A stretch of DNA of 64,000 nucleotides, taken from NCBI GenBank assembly GCA_951406725.2, contig OX597835.1:25916001-25980000 (forward strand). The letters run 5' to 3'. Both the position numbers and the translations under genes were made by a program. The notes under the pieces were generated by a model. The model was not told the origin of the DNA and made no database searches. It was given only the letters and a program-made list of their open reading frames with translations. Source of the DNA: Octopus vulgaris. Taxonomy: Eukaryota. Positions 57,501-64,000 of the stretch are shown here, one piece after another; position 1 is the first letter of the stretch; the number at the start of each line of letters is the position of its first letter.

Positions 57501-58714
57501 AATGGACACCAGAACTTAAATCATTCTTACATTATTCGATGTTGAGTGGTTCTTAGGGCCCTCCATCAAAATTTTAGGTTTTGTGCCTATAATAGAAAAA
57601 AATATGTTACTGCAGCACTGCTGTTGCTGTTGTCGGTTAGCTCCTGGTCAATCTTGCTGAAACAAAATTTTCGAAGTTACTGTAGCCATCCGTAATCATC
57701 TCACAATTTTAGTATTTCATGGAAGATAGTGTATATATGACTACATGATAATTGTAAAGATAATAGGGTGTAACTGGGAGGTGAGTTGGCTCGAGTAGCT
57801 GCTCGAATGACGTGGGCAACATTTTTCGTGAAGTTGGCCGAACGAAACTCCGCTCATAATCTGAGGGGCCGAACTGCTAAAACAAATTCAAGATAATTTT
57901 TCGTTAGACGTGTCATTCGCAGCGGTCCGCGGTCCGTTGCTTACCCATGATTGGTGTAGAGTCCTGCTTTTCACTTGTTCGACCACTGAATTTGGGCGGG
58001 GTTTCGTTCAGGACCCTGGTTCTAGTTACTCGGTAGATCGTCTTTTTGAGTGTTTGTTCCAGGAGCAGGCTTTTCGACCCCAATCTGGTTCCCCACTGGG
58101 CAACGTGGCCCTCGTTGTCCCGGGCGATGACCGATCCGGCTTGAATTTTGTCTTGTTATCATAAAGTGATTGACAGTGACGTTAGAAGACGTGTCTGTTC
58201 AGATTTATCTTCATGACAGACAACCGCTTCCGAGTGATTCAAATCGATATGCTTCTCACATCATAATCGCATGAGACTTATAGATCGAAATTCGCCTCTA
58301 TTTTTACTGGAAGATATTTTGCCGGGCATAACTGTTTAGTGATGTTTTAAACTCACTGACTGATTTTCACCTTTTTGCATTCGCTCTTCGAAAGTCGCCT
58401 TGTTTTTGTTTTGCATCAGTCGTGAAATTTTTTGTGTACGTGTGTACGTATGTGTCAGGGGGGCACTATCTATGTTGCTTATAAGTATACAAACGTGTAC
58501 CTGCATGCATAAACAGTTGCATGTATACGTAATTGATCACTTTACGTCCTTAGTGTGTATTTGATGTGTTTATCCAGGCCTCTTTATGATGGTTCCAATT
58601 TTGTGGGCATATCACATTGAAATATCGTGCATAAAAGAAAGAAATGACTCCTTATATAACAAAAATCTCTCCAGTTTCCCAATTTCCCAATTACTTTGCT
58701 TGAAAACAATTCTT

Positions 58715-58745
<31 letters not shown>

Positions 58746-59120
58746 TTCTCTCTCTCTCTGTCTCTCTCCCCCTCTCTCTATATATATATGTGGAAAGAAT
58801 AATCCCGTGCAGGAAAAAGTATAGAAATTTTGAAAGCAATTTAAATGTAGAGCAATCCTCAGCTGCATAAAGACATAGAATTTAATAAAATTAAATCAGA
58901 TGGATACATTAGTATAATTTTACTTAAAATCGCCAAGAAGGTAAGGAGATGGACAAAGAACATACTCTCTTCACTTGAAACGATCGTACTGCATTACCTT
59001 TGGATATCTTGTTGCTTATTTTGATTTTATATACATACATATATATATACGTAGATATATGTTACATAAAAATGTATATATATATGTATGTATACATAAA
59101 TATATATGTATATGTATATG

Positions 59121-59203
<83 letters not shown>

Positions 59204-59234
59204 TTTATATATATATACTTTATATATATATATA

Positions 59235-59480
59235 CTTTATTTAAAGCAGCAGAAAATTCAACAAAACTTGTTACTCTGAGTTTCCCGTTGTCGTTCATCG
59301 GACAGTTTTTGCTAGATAGATAGATAGACGGGCGGGCGAGCAGGCGGATGAACAGCAACGGGAAACTCAGAGTAACAGGTTTTGTTGAATTTTCTGCTGC
59401 TTTAAGTAAAGCATATTACTCTACGACTGGTATTTGAGTACTCTTTTTTCCACCTTGTTTCACATTTATGTGTTTACTCC

Positions 59481-59484
<4 letters not shown>
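59235..59484. mobile_element. Penelope-type terminal repeat with inverted duplication and hammerhead-like motif
   Basis: Arms 59235-59299 and 59347-59411; minus 59268-59305 reads ctgt-CCGATGA-acgacaacgg-GAAA-ctcagag-TA-acaa. Confidence 0.65.
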
Positions 59485-59530
<46 letters not shown>

Positions 59531-60060
59531 AAAATTTATATTTGTAAATAATCTTAAACAAAGACTGCCACGTTATGTTGGCAAATAATCTTTACTGTAT
59601 ATATTCATTTCTTTTCTGTTTAATGTGCGCATTTTCTTTCGACACGAAAACAAAGAAAAAATAATTCTTGAAAGACAGACAGAAAGAAAGAACGAATGAA
59701 AAAAACTGAACGAGGGAAAATGAAAGAATGATGAAAATGAAATATATAAACTTGACATATGGAGATGTTGATACAGAAAATAGGTTGCTGACTTGTAAAA
59801 TTTTGTTGCTGATTACAACCACGAATTAAATATAGCAGCCATTAAGAGGAAATCTTAAATAAGAAGCAAATAATATACATAAAATGAGAGCGCGACAGAG
59901 ACAGAGGATGTGATAGTGTCTCTACTTTCGCTAATATATCGATGTATGTATGTATGTATGTATGTATGTATGTATGTATGTATGTTTGTATGTATGTATG
60001 TATATATGCATGCATGTATGTATGTATGTATGTATGTATGTATGTATGTATGTATGTATG

Positions 60061-60091
<31 letters not shown>

Positions 60092-60102
60092 GTATGCAAG
60101 CG

Positions 60103-60167
<65 letters not shown>

Positions 60168-60258
60168 TTATCTATCCATCTGTCTGTTTGTCTGCCTGTC
60201 TGCTTACTGGTCTCTCTGTCTGCCTGTCTGTCTGTCTGCCCGCCTACCTGCCTGTTTG

Positions 60259-60346
<88 letters not shown>

Positions 60347-60467
60347 ACTATCTCTTGTTGTATCTGTCTACCTGTCTGTCTGCCTGTCTGTCAGTCCGTC
60401 TGTCCGTCTGACAACAAGAGGACATGCAGCAGAAATGTATTATCTTGACGCTAGGGGAAAAGAGAGA

Positions 60468-60502
60468 TCTTGACGTTTCAAGCATAGCATCTCGTCAGAG
60501 GG
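60468..60502 (-). ncRNA. Minimal type I hammerhead-like motif, degenerate stems
   Basis: Minus: cct-CTGACGA-gatgc tat gctt-GAAA-cg-TC-aaga. Confidence 0.5.
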
Positions 60503-61970
60503 GAGAAAGGGAAAATCCTACGAAGCGAAAGAAATCGCTAACAGCACGTGTGTAGTTACATTTAAAAGAACGGAACAGGTAAATTGTAAGCTACATGTTT
60601 CTTAATTAGCTGAAGTTCATTATGCAAGTATTGGACAATGAACTCTCCTGAACGCAGCTAGTCATCAGGCCGAAGATACCTCAGTGATGTTTACATTGTT
60701 GCTAGGGATTCCGGAGCGAGCCACAACTCAATGGTAAGTTGAAATGAATAGAAAAGTCAATAACAACAAATAACAAGAAAATTAAAAATTAAGAAATTAA
60801 GTTCTGATGACCTATGAACTTTTAAGCGGGAGGTAAGGCGCAAAATATGGATATTGTGGGTTTGATTTAGAATCAAAGAGAAGGAAGAAGAAGAGAAAGA
60901 GGAAAGAAAACGGGGAAAAAAATGTTTGTTATCATTATGGGGAATAACAGGGTATGTAGTAGAGCAATTAGGACCCTTATAAAGAAATATTAATGACAGA
61001 TTTTGTCGGCCTACTCGTACGATGTTGTCAGGATTTATGAGTAAATGGACGGTGCGGTCGTGGTCGTTCAGTCCCACAGAGCAAAGGACACCAGTATATA
61101 CATCCACGCGTATATACCTTTTCTACTTTAGGCACAGGGCCCGAAATTATTGGGGGAGGAGTCAGTCGATTAGATCGATCCCAGTACGCAACTGGTAATT
61201 AATTTATCGACCCCGAAAGGATGAAAGACAAAGTCGACCTCTGCTGAATTTGAACGCAGAGCGCGAAGACAGACGAAATACCGCTAAGCATTTAGCCCTG
61301 CGTGCTAACGTTTTAATTATTCTAAATTGTTCAACCTACCTGCATTCTCCTTTTAAATATAATGTATATCTAATGTCTCAGTTTGTCTACCTGAGCACTT
61401 CACAGCGCTGACAAAATAATAAACAAAAATATAACTATATATATTCGACGGGTCTTCGTTCAGTTTCTGTCTACCAAATCCACTCACAAGACTTTGGTCG
61501 GCCCGGCGCTATAATAGAAGACACTTGTCTAAGTTGCCACGCAGTGAGATTGAACCTGGAACCATTTGGGTGTGAAGCAAGTTTCTTACCACGCGGCTAC
61601 GTTGTATCAAATGACTGAAACAAGTAAAAGAATAAAAGAACGAAATAATAAAAGATAACTCTAGAGGCTGCTTACTCCGTGGAATATCTACGTTTCCAGC
61701 AATTAAATATTTAAAAAATAATTTCCGCTTCCAACAACAATATTTTCAGGTGGGCGCATAACTTAAAGAGATATTCTTGTCGTAGGTTTTTGGTGAAGAT
61801 TTATTCATTATGAAGCTTCGCATTTGCTAAGATCTATTTCTGTTCAAACGCCATCCCTGACATTAACGGCTGTTTATGATCAAAGTGGATCAAACGCAAC
61901 CAATAATTGACTTGTTTTATTAAATATGAATGCAATAATTTAACTACATAGATATGTATGTATGTATGTA

Positions 61971-62048
<78 letters not shown>

Positions 62049-62250
62049 TCATTCTTTAAGCGACACACAGTTGCTGATCTCGCATCGAAAATCCATATAC
62101 GCAATGTACACACACACAGACACAAACAGAATATCATGGCTGTGTGGTAAGAAGTGTGTTTCGGAACCACACGGTTACAAATTCAGTCCTACTGCGTGGC
62201 CTTGTGAGTGGATTTGGCAGACGGAAACGAAAAGAAGCCTGTTGTATATA

Positions 62251-62410
62251 GATAGGGCCGGTTTCCCGGTTTCCTTGGCGTATAGGTTCCCCACCTGGAC
62301 GGGACGCCGGTCCGTCGCAGGTGAGCTGCAAGATGCAGGAGGAAAGAGTGAGAGAAAGGTGTGGCGAAAGAGTCAGCAGAAGTTTGCCATTACCTTCTGC
62401 CGGAGCCGCA
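62251..62410 (-). mobile_element. SINE fragment: family-C middle segment joined to a V-SINE-like tail
   Basis: Minus: ggctccggcagaaggtaatggcaaacttctgctgactctttcgccacacctttctctcactctt...cctgcgacggaccggcgtcccgtccagg...gaaaccggg. Confidence 0.65.
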
Positions 62411-62416
62411 GAAATA

Positions 62417-62644
62417 TTCCTATTTCTTTACTACCCACAAGGGGCTAAATACAGAGGCGACAAACAAGGATAGACAAACGGATTATTACATCGACCTCAG
62501 TGCGTAACTGGTACTTATTTAATCGACCTCGAAAGGATGAAAGGCAAAGTCGACCTCGGCGGAATTTGAACTCAGAACGTAGCGTCAGACGAAATACCGC
62601 TAAGCATTTCGCCCGGCGTGCTAACGTTTCTGCCAGTTCGCCGC
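62417..62644 (-). mobile_element. SINE family B
   Basis: Reverse complement of the family B consensus. Confidence 0.87.
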
Positions 62645-63675
62645 TTTGAAGTGTGTTAGATATTAAGGCAGTATGAGTCCCCTCAGACACAACAAAATTT
62701 TCCTTAATTTTTATTCAATGTCCATTAAATAGCTGTCTGAATAGAAATTCCACCCCCGCTATTGGACGATTTTCCCCTGCTACTGATATACATCTGTGAT
62801 TTTTTACCACAGTACGTCCATACAGGAATATTTTCGGGATCGATACGCTTTTAACACTAACTCATGTGGTAACTCCATCCGACGAAAAAGAACACTGACA
62901 AACAGGCAGAGAATGATTTCCGCAGCTACGTAAATTTAGATCATACCCAAAGTATTATTCCAGCGGTGAACAACACACCAAATGCTACAATTATTTCTGC
63001 TGTGTATAATGCTACACACATAAACCGTTGTAATAGTTTTTCTTGGTGAAAATTTGTTCATTATGAAGTTTCACAGTTGCTAGATCAATTTCTGTTCAAA
63101 CATCATCTTTATCATTAACGGCTGTTTATGATCGGAGTGGATCAAATGGAATGCAATAATTGATTCGGTTTATTAAATATGAGTGTGATGTTTTAATATT
63201 AATATAGATGGTTTTCTTATATAAACAAATATCCGTTCATTTAAACACATTTCCTTATATAATTATAAGGTAAATAAGAATATATGGTAAAGAATCGCTA
63301 CACTAAATATATGGTATAGATATGGCACAGAAAAATATGATGTAGATATGGTATATATATATAGAGAGAATGAGGCGAGAGGAAGTAACAGAGATAGATA
63401 GAGAGAGAGAGAGAGAGATAAATAAATAGATAGATAGAAAGAGAGACACAGAGACACAGAGAGAGAACAGTGGGGGAGAAAGAATGAGAGACTGAGTGAA
63501 AATGGGAGAGAGCGGGTGAGAGAGTGAGAGAGAGGGAGATAGAGAGGAGAAGAAAGCGAGAGAGAGAGACAGAGTATGAGTGAAAAAAAGTGAGAGGAGA
63601 GTGAGTGAGATAAACAATGAGAGTGAGTTTTAGAAAGACAGAAACAGGGAGTGAAAGAGGAGTAAGGGAGAGGAG

Positions 63676-63716
<41 letters not shown>

Positions 63717-63725
63717 TTATATATG

Positions 63726-63765
<40 letters not shown>

Positions 63766-63870
63766 GACGTATATATATGTTGCGTGTGTATAATATGATA
63801 TAATATTTCATATGCGTTAAAACACTCACACACACATATACACACGCAATACATATACGTCTGTGTGTAT

Positions 63871-63917
<47 letters not shown>

Positions 63918-64000
63918 TACAAAACTTTGTTAATACAAATATGGTGTGTGTTGATATACATATATATGTATACTCTTTTACTCTCTTTTACTTGTTTCAG

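Overview
AT-rich, microsatellite-saturated eukaryotic non-coding DNA. The repeat families suggest an octopod cephalopod genome (inference from the tRNA-derived SINE families, not from a database search). I found no intact host protein-coding gene, rRNA, tRNA gene or CRISPR array. Almost all ORF-track entries are translations of (TA)n/(CA)n/(TATC)n/(TAA)n repeats or SINEs. The window contains: (i) dozens of tRNA-derived SINE copies from about 5 families that swap head, core and tail modules; (ii) 5'-truncated LINE relics (CR1-like, RTE, R4/Dong-like with a restriction-like endonuclease, and a Penelope GIY-YIG end); (iii) two non-autonomous Helitrons; (iv) a 64-bp minisatellite and several long inverted repeats. 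The most striking signal is a dense set (more than 12) of type I hammerhead-ribozyme motifs in short non-coding Penelope/retrozyme-like elements. One (28604-28648, minus) has a perfect catalytic core and sits in a 257-bp direct-repeat unit. A multi-copy family carries a fixed non-canonical core. SINE family letters (A-E) are my own labels.
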